A stretch of 64,000 bases of DNA from Rebecca billardiae RCC1528 (Eukaryota; Protista; Haptophyta): positions 1,054,001 to 1,118,000 of the forward strand of contig OZ251230.1 in the NCBI GenBank assembly GCA_965240325.2, read 5' to 3'. A model generated the notes under the pieces. The model was not told the origin of the DNA, did no database searches, and saw only the letters and a list, made by a program, of their open reading frames with translations. This document shows positions 10,152 to 20,844 of this stretch, piece after piece (within the stretch, counting starts at the first letter, position 1; every line of letters begins with the position of its first letter). Position numbers and translations under genes: made by a program.

Positions 10152-11633
10152 TCATGGGCGCCCGGGCTCGCGCTCATACTCCACGGCGCCGCGCTCACGG
10201 TCGAGCAGGTGGATGTAGTCCACCGAGGGCGCGACGAATGTGGCGCGCTCGGTCGGGTAGTGCACGCGGTCCTTGGCGCGCTCGCAGCCAGACTCGACGA
10301 GGCAGCTCTTGATGCCGACGTGCACGGCGCCGCGCACGTCGGTGCCGAAGCGGTCGCCGACCATCATGATGGTGTCGCGATCGCCGTCGTGCCCCTGCGC
10401 TCGCAGCATCTCAATCGCGTGCTCCATCATAAACTGCCGGCCCACGTTGCCGCCCTTGCCGCAGCACAAGAACTGATCGTGGTTCCCCAGCGGCAGCACC
10501 GGCCGCAGCATCGACGCAAACATGCCCGGCCCGGGCAGCGGGAAGACCATGCGGCCGTACTGCTTGTCGGAGGACGGGTTGAACGGGTCGTCCGCCGTGT
10601 AGATCAGGTCGGCGCCGTGCCCGAGCAGGAACGCGCACTGCTTGATCAGCCCGTAGTTCCAGCCGCTCTCCTGCGAGCCCGAGCGCACGTCCCCGTCAAG
10701 GAAGAAGGCGACGGCGACGCGCTCCGCCGGCGCGCCCGCCTGGGCGGCGGCGCGGCAGCGCTCGGCCTCGACAGCCCACTCCATCGCCTGCGCGTCCGTG
10801 AGCTGCTCCTCGATCTGCCACGTCGACACGAGCTCCGCGTCCCGCCTGTCGAGCATCGTGCGCCAGAAGGAGCCGCCGCCGCTCACGACGAGCAGCTTGG
10901 AGCGCGGCGGCAGCGACCGCACCATGTAGTCCGCCTGCGCGTCGGCGGCGGTCCAGATGTTGCTCAGCGGCACGGGCTCGGTGTCGATCTTGAACGGCTC
11001 CGTCGCGAGCCGCGCCTGCGTGCCCTCCGGCCCCTTGGCGCCCGTGTTGCTCAGGAAGACGTAAGGCATGCCGGACGCGCGCAGCCACTTGTAAAACGTG
11101 CGCGCGCCGGGGATGAGCGCGCCGTGCGAATAGATCGTGCCGTCGAGGTCGATCAGGAAGGCGCGGATGCGCGACGTCCGCGGGTCGTACGGCTTCGGCG
11201 GCGGGAAGCGGTCCTCGTCGAGCGTCGGCATGAAGAACTCGGTCCACGCCGCCTCGGTCACGCAGCCGCGCTCGTCCGTGCCCATCGCCTCGTACATCTC
11301 CTCAAACTCGATGGCGGAGACGGTGGGCGGCAGCTGGAGCAGCTCCTGCACGAGCTCGTACTTTGCGAGCCCGCGGATCATCTCGATGCGCGAGAGCTCG
11401 CCGTTGCCGTCCTTGTCGAGCAGCCTGAACGCCGCCGTCACCGCGCACCTGAACGAGTCGAGGCCGGACCCGCCGGCGTCGAGCACGTGCCGCCAGCGCT
11501 TGGGTCGGCCGCGCGCGCCGTGATCGGCCGGAGTGTGACGTGGCAACCCGGGCGTGAACCACCGGCGCAGCGGACCCAAGCACGCGCGCGCGGACGTTGC
11601 CGCCAGCGACCGCCGAGACGTCGCGGCGAGCAT
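10152..11633 (-). CDS. EF-hand + HAD-IIA (NagD-like) phosphatase, possible organellar presequence
   Basis: EF-hand FRLLDKDGNGELSRIEM. HAD motifs FLIDLDGTIY, FLSNTG, CGKG, MVGDRFGTDV. Arg/Ser/Ala-rich N-terminus. Confidence 0.88.
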   Translation of the reverse strand: MLAATSRRSLAATSARACLGPLRRWFTPGLPRHTPADHGARGRPKRWRHVLDAGGSGLDSFRCAVTAAFRLLDKDGNGELSRIEMIRGLAKYELVQELLQLPPTVSAIEFEEMYEAMGTDERGCVTEAAWTEFFMPTLDEDRFPPPKPYDPRTSRIRAFLIDLDGTIYSHGALIPGARTFYKWLRASGMPYVFLSNTGAKGPEGTQARLATEPFKIDTEPVPLSNIWTAADAQADYMVRSLPPRSKLLVVSGGGSFWRTMLDRRDAELVSTWQIEEQLTDAQAMEWAVEAERCRAAAQAGAPAERVAVAFFLDGDVRSGSQESGWNYGLIKQCAFLLGHGADLIYTADDPFNPSSDKQYGRMVFPLPGPGMFASMLRPVLPLGNHDQFLCCGKGGNVGRQFMMEHAIEMLRAQGHDGDRDTIMMVGDRFGTDVRGAVHVGIKSCLVESGCERAKDRVHYPTERATFVAPSVDYIHLLDRERGAVEYEREPGRP

Positions 11634-11794
11634 CAAGCCGCGGCTCGGCCTTGGACCGTCTCGTCGCGCTAGGTGCAGTGCGGGTAAGTTAGTTATTGCC
11701 GTTCGGGCTGGCTTATTGATTTATTTGATTCCTTCGTCGGGTGGCGATTCGTCGGTACGTACCGGAATGCACAGTCCGCATGGAACGGAGTGTA

Positions 11795-14700
11795 TTAAGC
11801 CTGCGCCGCATCCGCTGACGAGCCCGCAGGAGCCGCCGCAGCAGAAGCGGCGCGCACCGAGCCCGCGCGCGACAGCGGGGCGCGCGCGGCGGCGAGGCCG
11901 ATGCCACGCGCGCTGCCGCCGGCGCCAGCCAACCGCAAGCGCCTCTCGACGCGCGCCTTCGACGCGGCCGCCGGCGCGAGCTCGCGCACAAGCTCAAGCA
12001 GCTCCGCCTGCTGCTGCTCGACGCGCGCCAGCCGCTCTGCCATCTGCACCTGCCGCACCGCCGCCGTGCGGCGCCAGCGGTCCTCCATGTCGGCCTCCGG
12101 CAGGTGCTCGGCGATGTAGCCGCGCGCGCTCTCGAGGACCCATTCGTCCAGCTGCGCCCCGCCGCTCGCGCCGTCGCGCCGCCCAGCGGACGGGGCGGGC
12201 GGCCCCGCGCCCGGTGGCGCCTCGCGCTCGGCCGCGCCAGCGTCGGTTGTGCTCTGCGTCGCGCCCATCTCGCCGGCGCCGAGAGCCGCCGCGGGCTTGC
12301 TCTGCGCGGGCAGCAGCATCGCGTCACCGAGCGCGCTGTACTCGGCGCCCGTGCGGGCGTCGTCCTCCGCCGCCGCCGCCTCCGCCTCCGCCTCGGCCTC
12401 CTCCTCGGCGGCAGGCGCAGCCGGCGCGCCAACTTGAAGCCTCGCGCGCAGCGACGGCCAGCAGTGCAGCAGCAGCCGCGACGGCAGGCCGAGCAGGTTG
12501 AGCGGCGGGAACACGACCGACATGCGCGCGGCGGCGATGACGAGCTTGGCCTTGACAAACTTTGCGTTCACGTCGATCTCGTCGTGCACCGTGTCAAAGG
12601 TCTTCGCCATCGCGGCGATGATCACGTTGAGCAGCAGCAGCACGGTCACCACCAAGTAGGAGAGCATGAGCAGCCACGCGCCCCACGCGCCGCCCGACTC
12701 GCGCACGCACTCCATCGGCGGCTCGCGCCCGGCGAAGGTGACCTCGAGCAGCAGCACGAGCGCAGAGCCAACGCCCTCCTCAAAGCTGCGCTCCAGCTCG
12801 CCCTGCGCGCCCGGCTCGCCCGCCGTCGAGCAGCCGCCCGCCTCGTCGCTGCCGTGCGCGCGCTTGTACAGCGCGTGCAGCGCGATGGCGAACGCGAGCG
12901 AGATCGGCACCATCAGCACGACCAGCCGCCCCACGTCCTTGAACATCTTGAGGCTCATCAGTAGGAACGGGCCGAGGGCTGGCACCATGTACCCGATCCG
13001 CAGGTGCGACGCGCACAGCGCCAGCACCGCGAGGGCGCGCACCGACACCTCCCATGTGTGCGGCGCGCCGTGCCGCGCGCCCGCCGCGCGCGCGAGCACG
13101 AGCCCCAGCCACGCCAGCGCGGCGAGCAGCCCGACGAGGTCGAACAGGTTGAACTCGTCGCGCAGGTACGCGCGCAGCGCGCGCACCGGCCGCGCGAGCA
13201 GCCCCTCGCGCAGCAGCGCCTCCGCCTCGACCTGCGCAAAGCCGAGCACAAACAGGCACAGCGGGATCAGGCTCGACTCGGTGACCGACTCCTCGAAGCC
13301 GGGCGACGGCGACGGCGGCGGCGCGGGCGGCGCGTGCGGCGCGAGCCACGGCGTGCTCGCCGGCGGCGGCGCGGGCGGCGGCGCGCGCGGCGGCTCCGCC
13401 GACACGAGCAGCGCGATCATCAGCGCGCCGATCGCCGAGTTGAAGTAGAGGCGAACGAACGGCCAATTAAACACCAGGTCCTTGCGCCTCACTTCGCGCT
13501 CCAACGGCGGGAGCAGGGCGATGAGGAGGAGCTCGAGCACGACGGCGGGGACGCTGCACGCGAGCGTCACGACCGCGAGCGCCGCGCCGAGCGGCACGCG
13601 CACGGCCGCCTCCGGGATGCGCGCGCACGCATGCGCCGCGCGCGCGCCGCGCTTGAGCCGCTCGGCCGCGGCGTCGGCGACGCGCAGAATAGCGAGCAGG
13701 AGGCTGCGGCCCTTTGCGCCGCCCGAGTCCAAGTCGGCGCCCAGGCCTAAGATGACGTCGAGCGCCGCCTGCGCGCGCGCGCTCGCCACGACGAGCTTGC
13801 ACCCGCCGTCCGTCGCGTGAGCGAGCACGCCAAAGCCGCTCAGCGCGTCGGTGTGCACCTCGGCCGCGCCCGTCAGCGCCAGCTGCACCAGACGGGACGC
13901 CGTGCGGCAGCCGTCCGCGGCGGCCCTGTCAAAGAGGCGCTCGGCGCCGAGGCGCTCGCACGCGACGGCGACGTGCACGCACCACGAGGCAAAGCGCTCG
14001 GGGAGTAGCTGCGCCGCGGTCGCGACCGCACGCGCGGCCAGCTCGGGCACGGCGCCCGCCTCGGCCGCGCACAGAGCCTGTGCAACGGCACTCGCCGTGC
14101 GAGGCGGCTCCGTCGACGCGCGCGCGTCCGCGCCGGCCGCGATCGCGCCGTGCAGCCACCGCGCGACCTCCGCGAGCGGCACGCGCACGCCCCGCTCGCG
14201 CCGCTCGACGTGCGCGCCCGACGCGGGCAGCGGGTGCATCAGCATCACGCACGCCTCGAACGGCGCGTAGAAGGAGGGCGCGCTCCCGCCGACTCCGAGC
14301 AGCCGAAGCTCGGGCAGGCCGTCGAGGGCGAGGGCGAGCGCGACGCCCGAGCGCGCTTGCAGCCGGTTCCACCCGAGCATGAGCACGCGCAGCTGCGCCG
14401 CGCTCTCCGACAGCGCGCGCGCGAGCACCGTGCCCGCCTCGTCTGAGAGCGCGTTGCCCTCGAGGCCGAGCGCGACGAGGGCGGGCAGCTTGCCGAGGGC
14501 GTTCGCGATCGCGCGGCACGCGCGGTCACCCAGCTGGTTCCCACTGAGGTCGAGGCGCTGCAGAGCCTCGTTGGGCGGGCTCCACGCCAGGACCGCCGCG
14601 AGCTCTGCCCCGAGGCGGTCGTCGATACCGACTGATCCGAGCCTGAGCGCTTCCGCCCGCCGCAGCTGCCGCCTCCCGTCTGGACGCGCGAGGCTGAGCC

Positions 14701-14809
14701 GGACCGCCGCCCGGGACGGCGACGCGGGCGGGCTCGAAGCCGGGGGCGACTCGTCCGGGGCCGACGCCGGCGTGCCAGCCTCGATCTCCGGCGGCGGAGT
14801 GGGCCCCAT
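11795..14809 (-). CDS. TRP-family cation channel with N-terminal RI-like leucine-rich repeats
   Basis: LRRs (LQRLDLSGNQLGDRAC, LVALGLEGNALSDEAG, LRVLMLGWNRLQ). TRP hallmarks YLRDEFNLFD, LGPFLLMSLKMFKDV..., and S6/TRP box LLLLNVIIAAMAKTFDTV...AKFVKAKL. C-terminal coiled coil. ATG at 14809 inferred. Confidence 0.85.
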   Translation of the reverse strand: MGPTPPPEIEAGTPASAPDESPPASSPPASPSRAAVRLSLARPDGRRQLRRAEALRLGSVGIDDRLGAELAAVLAWSPPNEALQRLDLSGNQLGDRACRAIANALGKLPALVALGLEGNALSDEAGTVLARALSESAAQLRVLMLGWNRLQARSGVALALALDGLPELRLLGVGGSAPSFYAPFEACVMLMHPLPASGAHVERRERGVRVPLAEVARWLHGAIAAGADARASTEPPRTASAVAQALCAAEAGAVPELAARAVATAAQLLPERFASWCVHVAVACERLGAERLFDRAAADGCRTASRLVQLALTGAAEVHTDALSGFGVLAHATDGGCKLVVASARAQAALDVILGLGADLDSGGAKGRSLLLAILRVADAAAERLKRGARAAHACARIPEAAVRVPLGAALAVVTLACSVPAVVLELLLIALLPPLEREVRRKDLVFNWPFVRLYFNSAIGALMIALLVSAEPPRAPPPAPPPASTPWLAPHAPPAPPPSPSPGFEESVTESSLIPLCLFVLGFAQVEAEALLREGLLARPVRALRAYLRDEFNLFDLVGLLAALAWLGLVLARAAGARHGAPHTWEVSVRALAVLALCASHLRIGYMVPALGPFLLMSLKMFKDVGRLVVLMVPISLAFAIALHALYKRAHGSDEAGGCSTAGEPGAQGELERSFEEGVGSALVLLLEVTFAGREPPMECVRESGGAWGAWLLMLSYLVVTVLLLLNVIIAAMAKTFDTVHDEIDVNAKFVKAKLVIAAARMSVVFPPLNLLGLPSRLLLHCWPSLRARLQVGAPAAPAAEEEAEAEAEAAAAEDDARTGAEYSALGDAMLLPAQSKPAAALGAGEMGATQSTTDAGAAEREAPPGAGPPAPSAGRRDGASGGAQLDEWVLESARGYIAEHLPEADMEDRWRRTAAVRQVQMAERLARVEQQQAELLELVRELAPAAASKARVERRLRLAGAGGSARGIGLAAARAPLSRAGSVRAASAAAAPAGSSADAAQA

Positions 14810-14900
14810 GCTCACGGCGAATGTGACCACCGCGGGACTCGGACACCATGCACGACCGCGAGAGCCCGGCGGCCCATAAACAAGCTCACAGACCAAGACA

Positions 14901-15857
14901 ATGGCGGCGAACGCTTCCGCGGCGGTTGCGCTCCTCCGGCGCAAGTCGGGGCGCGGGGACGCGCGTGCGACGTTCCTTCTGGCGAAGCGGGCTGAGGATG
15001 GCGACGGCATCGCGCGGGACGAAGCCTTTCGCCTTTACACGCTCGCCGCTGAGCGCGGCTTTGCCGATGCGCAGGCGAGAATGGGCAATATCTGCAGGGC
15101 AGGCGAGCTTGATCAGCACGTGGACCTCGAGGCAGGCACGCGCTGGTACCGGCTGGCAGCCGAACAGGGCCATGCTGAGGCGCAGGATCGTCTGGGCTGG
15201 TGCTACGCGCAAGGCACGGGTGTGCAGCAGGATTGGGGCGAGGCGGTGCGCTGGTACCGGCTGGCGGGAGATCAGGGCCATGCGCAAGCACAGTTCAATC
15301 TGGGCTTGTGCTACTCGACGGGCCACGGTGTACAGCAGGATTGGGGCGAGGCGGTGCGCTGGTACCGGCTGGGGGCCGAGCAGGGCGATGCGCAAGCACA
15401 GTTCACCATGGGCGTGTGCTACGCGCATGGCAAGGGTGTGGCGCAGGATTTGGGCGAGGCGGTGCGCTGGTGCCGGCTGGCTGCTGATGGCGGGAGTGCA
15501 TCTGCCCACAGCATGCTGGGAGAGCTGACGCTGGCGGGTGAGGGAGTGGAGCGTGACGTGGAGGAGGGCGCGCGGCTGCTGCGCCGTGGGCAAGAGCTCG
15601 ATCCAGACCTCAGAGATATGGTGTGCGATGCGCTGGCTGCGGCAGCTGGAGTGCGAGAGGTGGCTTCCCAATGCTGCCTCGCCTGCGGGCGCACGGGTCG
15701 TGGTCTGAAGAAGTGCGAGCGGTGCCACGTGGCGGTCTTCTGCTCGCGTGAGCACCTGCGCAGCTCGTGGAGGGTGCACAAGCCCAACTGCATCGAGTGG
15801 TGCGCAGAGGCAGCAGGTGAAGCCTCTGCCGCAGCTGCGCCCGCTGGCATCGTGTAG
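14901..15857 (+). CDS. Sel1-like repeat protein with C-terminal MYND zinc finger
   Basis: Repeats of AQFNLGLCY..GHGVQQDWGEAVRWYRLAAEQG. MYND finger CLACGR...LKKCERCHVAVFCSREHLRSSWRVHKPNC. Confidence 0.92.
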   Translation: MAANASAAVALLRRKSGRGDARATFLLAKRAEDGDGIARDEAFRLYTLAAERGFADAQARMGNICRAGELDQHVDLEAGTRWYRLAAEQGHAEAQDRLGWCYAQGTGVQQDWGEAVRWYRLAGDQGHAQAQFNLGLCYSTGHGVQQDWGEAVRWYRLGAEQGDAQAQFTMGVCYAHGKGVAQDLGEAVRWCRLAADGGSASAHSMLGELTLAGEGVERDVEEGARLLRRGQELDPDLRDMVCDALAAAAGVREVASQCCLACGRTGRGLKKCERCHVAVFCSREHLRSSWRVHKPNCIEWCAEAAGEASAAAAPAGIV

Positions 15858-16580
15858 TCCGCCGTCTGATCATCAGTGCAGATCATCATCGCGTAAAGCG
15901 AGCATCGGAGTCGTATTTGTTTCGGGCCCACGGGCACGGTGCTGACGCGATGCTAGCAGGCCGGATGACGGCGGCCGCGAGTAGCCAGTCTCGGATGAAT
16001 AGCGCCATGCTCGCGGCGCGGCGGCGACCATCAAGCCATATAATGATATATATATATATATATATATGCGCCGGCCCGGAAATCGCGGGATTCGAATTCG
16101 ATTCCGCGTGCGAACGGCGAATCAGCAGCAGTCTGCAGTGCCAGCGGCTGCCATTGTACCGCGACAATACCTCGGACCGTACGTCCGGTAGCCTACTGAA
16201 CGCGTACTACGTAGCCACTGCTAACTATAGCCGCAGTTCAATATATATATATCATGATCATCAGACAATCAGTGCTGAGCCCTCGGATGACAATCATCGG
16301 AATGTTACCAATGATGAGTGATCGGCCGGACTAATTCTATAGCGCGCTATTTATTATATATATATATATACGCGTGCCGGCGGATGACAGCGCGCGTGGC
16401 CTTATCGTTGCAGTGCACCTGCTTTTCAAGACGGTCGGCGCCCGTGCCCGCGACTCTGCGCCGCGCTCAATCGCCGCGCAATCGGCGCATCGGTCGCGGC
16501 GACGCTGCAGCCTGGTCGGCGTCACCTTCCGGCCCTGGCCTCTTTGCCAGGCGCCGCGCAGTCTCACGGCGAGCGGCGCA

Positions 16581-18252
16581 TCAGTCGAGCCGCCCGCCCT
16601 TGCAGAAGGGCGCGAGCCACGGGTGCAGCAGCGCGCGCGTGCCGAGCAGGTGCGCGAGGTGCCACAGCTGCAGGTAGAGCCACGCGCCGCCAAAGTGTGC
16701 GCACGCGTACGCGCAGAAGAGGTACGCCCACAGGTCCGGGTAGCGCGCGGGCGGCGGGAGGAGGGCGGCGCACGCGTGGAGCGCGCACATGCCGGCGACG
16801 GAGAGCGAGACGAGCGCGCGGAGCCGGCGCTCGCCCGCCTCCGCCTCCTCCGCGTCCCTGCCCGCCGAGCCGCCGCCGACGAGGTTGCCGACGAGCGCGC
16901 CGAGCGCGGCGTAGAGCGTGAGCGTGGCCGTGTACACGAGCGCCAGCCCGTCACGCACGAGCAGCGGGTACATGGAGAAGCACGCGACGGCGGAGGCCCA
17001 GCACAGCACGCGCGGCCGCTCGGCAAACAGCGCGCACGCGGGCAGCAGCGGCAGCAGCACGTGCTTCTCGTGCACCTGGAACGAGAAGAGGAAGAAGCTG
17101 AGCGCGCAGCTCACGAGCGCGCGCACGAACGCGCGAGGCGTCGGCCGGCGCAGCACCGACGCGCACGGGAGGACGAGGCCGAGCGCGACGCAGGCGAGGC
17201 TGAGCGGCAGCGCGGCGGCGGGCGTGAGCCGCGCGCGCAGCTTCAGCCCGGGCACCACCGACAGCGTGCACCACACGTTCGCCACCTTGTCCTCGTACAG
17301 GTGGCGGCCGAGCGGGAAGAGGCGGCGCAGCACGGCGCCGCACGCGCGCGCTCGCACAAACGGCAGCCAGCACGCGAGCGTCGTGCCGAGCACCTGGGAC
17401 GACGACGGGGGTGCGCGTGGGGCGGGGCGAGCGCGCGCGCGCGCGCCGCGCGTCGGTGCGACGCGCGTGACTCGCGCGCGCCGGCGCGCGCACGGGCGCG
17501 TGGCGCACCGTCGCGCCGAGCACGGCGACGCGGCGCGCCCGCCCGCGCGCCGTCCGCTGCGCCGCGCAGACGAGCCCGAGCATGTGGAAGAGGAAGGCGG
17601 GCGCGTAGTAGATGGACATCTGCTTGAAGTTGAGCGAGAGCGTGAACCACACGCTCGCCTCCACCAGCCGCCCACCCAGCACGCGGCTCACGCCGAGCAG
17701 CGCGAGGCCGAGGGACGCGCAGTTGTACTGGAAGTGGCCATGGTCCACGAGCAGCAGCGCGGGCTGCAGCAGCAGCCCGGCGAGCACCGCGCGGCGCTGG
17801 GCGGCGGTGGGCCCGTGCGCGCGCGCGAGGGCGCTCGCGGCGGGGAAGAAGACGCACGCGTCCACCGCGAGCACCGTCAGCCGCATGAAGCGCTTCGTCG
17901 CCTCGCTCTCGAAGCCGCGCGACGTGTGCAGCCGCACGAGGGCCGGGTGCACGCGCCGCGCGAGCGCGCCGAGCGCGCGCGAGAGGTAGGCGGAGAGCGG
18001 CGGGTAGTCGATGCCCCAGTACTGCAGGTCGTTATCCGGCCCGTCCACGTACCACGCGTCAGGCGGCAGGTTGACCGTCACCTCCATCCAGTGCCGGTGC
18101 GCCTCGTAGTCGCCGTACATGGGCGGCGTGGCCATGCCCGAGTACGGGTGGAGCGAGACGGCGTAGCGGACGAGGAGGGCGACGAGCACGACGAAGGCGA
18201 GCGCGAGCGGCCCCGCGTCCGGCAGCGGCGGGCTGTTCCACGGCAGCGGCAT
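16581..18252 (-). CDS. ALG6: Dolichyl-PP-Man9GlcNAc2 alpha-1,3-glucosyltransferase (2 exons, intron 17394-17508)
   Basis: YSGMATPPMYGDYEAHRHWMEVT, YWGIDYPPLSAY, DHGHFQYN, NFKQM, RLFPLGRHLYEDKVANVWC, FSFQVHEK. A GT..AG intron joins ORFs 16951..18252 and 16581..17675. Confidence 0.95.
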
Positions 18253-18439
18253 CGTGCCCCGCCGTGCTTCACACCGCCGAGGCTCTCAAATCCCGCAGGA
18301 GCTGCTGCCGCACCATCGTGGGTTTGAAGCCCTGTTGTCGCGACGATCGAACGTTTCGCGCCGCAGCGCCCCAGGGCCCGCGGCCAGTGCGTACCGGCCC
18401 GGAGGCGCGCCTGCCGGGCGCGCGCGTGCACGGGTCGCC

Positions 18440-20844
18440 ATGGAGGCCATCAAGCGCATCGTGTCGGAGATCAGCTTCATGTGCCGCATGAAGGACGTGC
18501 AGGTCTCCGACACCCTCGCCGCCTTCATCGCGCACACAATCGTGCTCGAGCACGCGGCCATCTTCCCGCTCGACAAGGAGCTCAACGAGGCAGACGTGCA
18601 GGACCTGATCCGGATGTCGGTCGAGCGGCTGCTCACGGTGGATTCGGCGTCGTTAGAAACGATCAAGATGCAGGTCTCCTTCGACGGCGCCAAGCTCGAC
18701 GAGCAGGAGGCGCTCGAGCACACGCGCTCGACGCGCGAATCTCGCGAGAACGCGCTGCTCACGGACATCATCGAGGCGAAGCTCAAGGGGACGAAGGACG
18801 TGGAGGCGATGACCGCGCTATACCGGCGCATTTTCAACTTCCTCGTCATACGCTCCGGCCTCGACCCCGGCCAGGTCCGCCCGGCCGAGCGCGAGATTGC
18901 GGCTGCGCTCGAGAGCGTGTTCCCTCGCATCGGCCTCAAGGCGTTCACGCTGCTGCCGCCGGAGGACAAGGCGGCGCAGCTGTACGAGCTGTCGAACATC
19001 GTGCTCGGCATCCGCCTCTTCAACCGCTCCATCGGCAAGGGCGGCGCCGGCATCGAGGACTTCCCCGCCATCTCGCGCGCGCGCTGCCAGCAGTTTTTGG
19101 ACGTGGCGGGCGGCGAGCTCGAGAACGTGGGCACGCTCAATGACCAGTACACGGAGGTGATCTCGTACCGGCACTCGGCGCCGCGGCAGGCGCAGATGTC
19201 GGGCGCGTCCGCGGCCGAGCGCGAGGCGGAGGGCGCCAAGCTGCAGCGCCTGCAGGAGGAGCTCACCAACCGGCGGCAGTACGCGGCCTACCTGACGCTC
19301 CTCTTTGACGGCGTGCAGCAGAGCGCCAAGCACATCGCCGAGCTCGAGCGGATGTTCGACAAGGTGCGCCGCGCGCGGACGGGGCGGTCCGTGCGCTCCG
19401 TCCGCCCCGCCGCTCACACACCCCGCGCACGCGTGGCGCGCGCGCGCAGGCCATGGACAACCTGAAGCAGCTGGTGGGCTCGCGCACCTCTGTGCCCAAG
19501 GAGCAGGTCTACCCTCGCTTTGACGCGCTGGCCAAGCTGTGGGTGGCGTTCGAGGACGAGGCGCTGATGCTGCAGGCCCGGCGGCAGACGCTCGAGACGC
19601 TGCACATGTATCGCACCTCGTTCCGCCCGCAGCTGCGCTCGGAGGACATCTCGCAGGCTCGCGCCGCGCGCCGCGCCGCCGCCGCCGCCGCCGCCGCCGC
19701 GTCGAGCGGCTTCGGTGGCCCTCGGCAGGCGATCGGGACGCGTTCAGTGGCGGACGATCAGCAGGCGGCCGCGCTCGCGGGCGGCGTACCTCCACCGTCG
19801 CAGACGGCGCAGGCGCAGCAGCCCGAGGCCGGCGCGGCGGACGCCGCCGCCGACGCCGCCGACGCGCAGCCGGGTGGCGGCCCGGAGGCCGCGGCCGCGG
19901 CCGCCGCGGCCGCCGCGGCCGCGGCCGCAACCACTGCCGGCGCATCCGAGGGCCTCGCGGCGGGCCACGAGGACGACGTGGCGGAGCACATCCCGTCGTC
20001 GTTCGCGCCGTCGATGCTGCAGCTCTCGCTCGAGCTCGAGGGCTTCTGCCCGCACACCCTCGTCGAGCGGCAGGGCCTCCTGCTCCCGGGCTCGCCCGAG
20101 TGCATTGTGCGGTATCGCAAGCGCTACTACGCGTGCCTGGACGCGGACGCCATGCGCGCCTTCCAGGCTGACCCTGGGCGGTACGTGCAGGGCGCGCTGG
20201 CGCAGGCGACGCGCTCGCCCGAGCTGATCCACCTGCTCCGGCTGCAGGAGCACTTCCCCGGAGCGTCGATCTCGGAGGTGATGCGCCGGGCGCGCGCCGC
20301 CGGGCCGGCGCCGACCGACGAGGACGGCGAGATGCTCCCCGGTGCGAACCTGCCGCGTCAGAAGCAGGACGCGCAGATGCAGACCGTCACACACGTGGTC
20401 GAGAAGCACATCGACTACTCGTACGAGTACTCGGAGTGGGCGCTGCGCAGGCGCGCGCTGGACCTGGCCAACCTGCGGAACAAGGCGACCAAGGGGCAGC
20501 AGACCTCGCGGAGCCACTTCCGCAAGCAGGCGGAGACACAGGTGCACCCGCGCGCGCGCCGTGCGGCGTGCGCGCGCGCCGTGCGGCGTGCGCTCGCCCC
20601 GTGCGCGCCGCCCTCGGCGCGCGGCCGTGCTCACCATCGACGCGCCCGGCGCGGACGCCTCTTGCCGGCGCGCGCGCAGGTGTACCCCCCGCGCGAGTCG
20701 GGCACGCAGACGGGCGTGGTGGCCGGCACGGAGGCGCCGCGCATGGTCAACTACATCAAGGGCCTGCGCGGCCATCCGGACTCGGAGATGCACATTGTCA
20801 ACCTCACCATCGACCCGGGTGCGGCCGTCGACCCCGCAGCGTGA
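18440..20844 (+). CDS. CFAP206: Cilia- and flagella-associated protein 206 (introns 19364-19449 and 20542-20679)
   Basis: VSDTLAAF, LETIKMQVSFD, EIAAALESVFP, ELSNIVLGIRLFN, SVPKEQVYPRF, LEGFCP, PELIHLLRL, YEYSEWALRRRAL, QTSRSHFR. GT-AG introns restore the frame. Confidence 0.93.

Noticed and set aside
10152-14809. A TRP channel-HAD enzyme fusion (chanzyme)
   Set aside because: The TRP ORF has a stop at 11795, the spacer is AT-richer, and the HAD gene has its own presequence-like N-terminus. Nothing supports a joining intron.
15135-15490. Regular repeats as a CRISPR array (also 26760-27240)
   Set aside because: The repeats are in-frame protein-coding units without unique spacers, the context is eukaryotic, and there are no cas genes.
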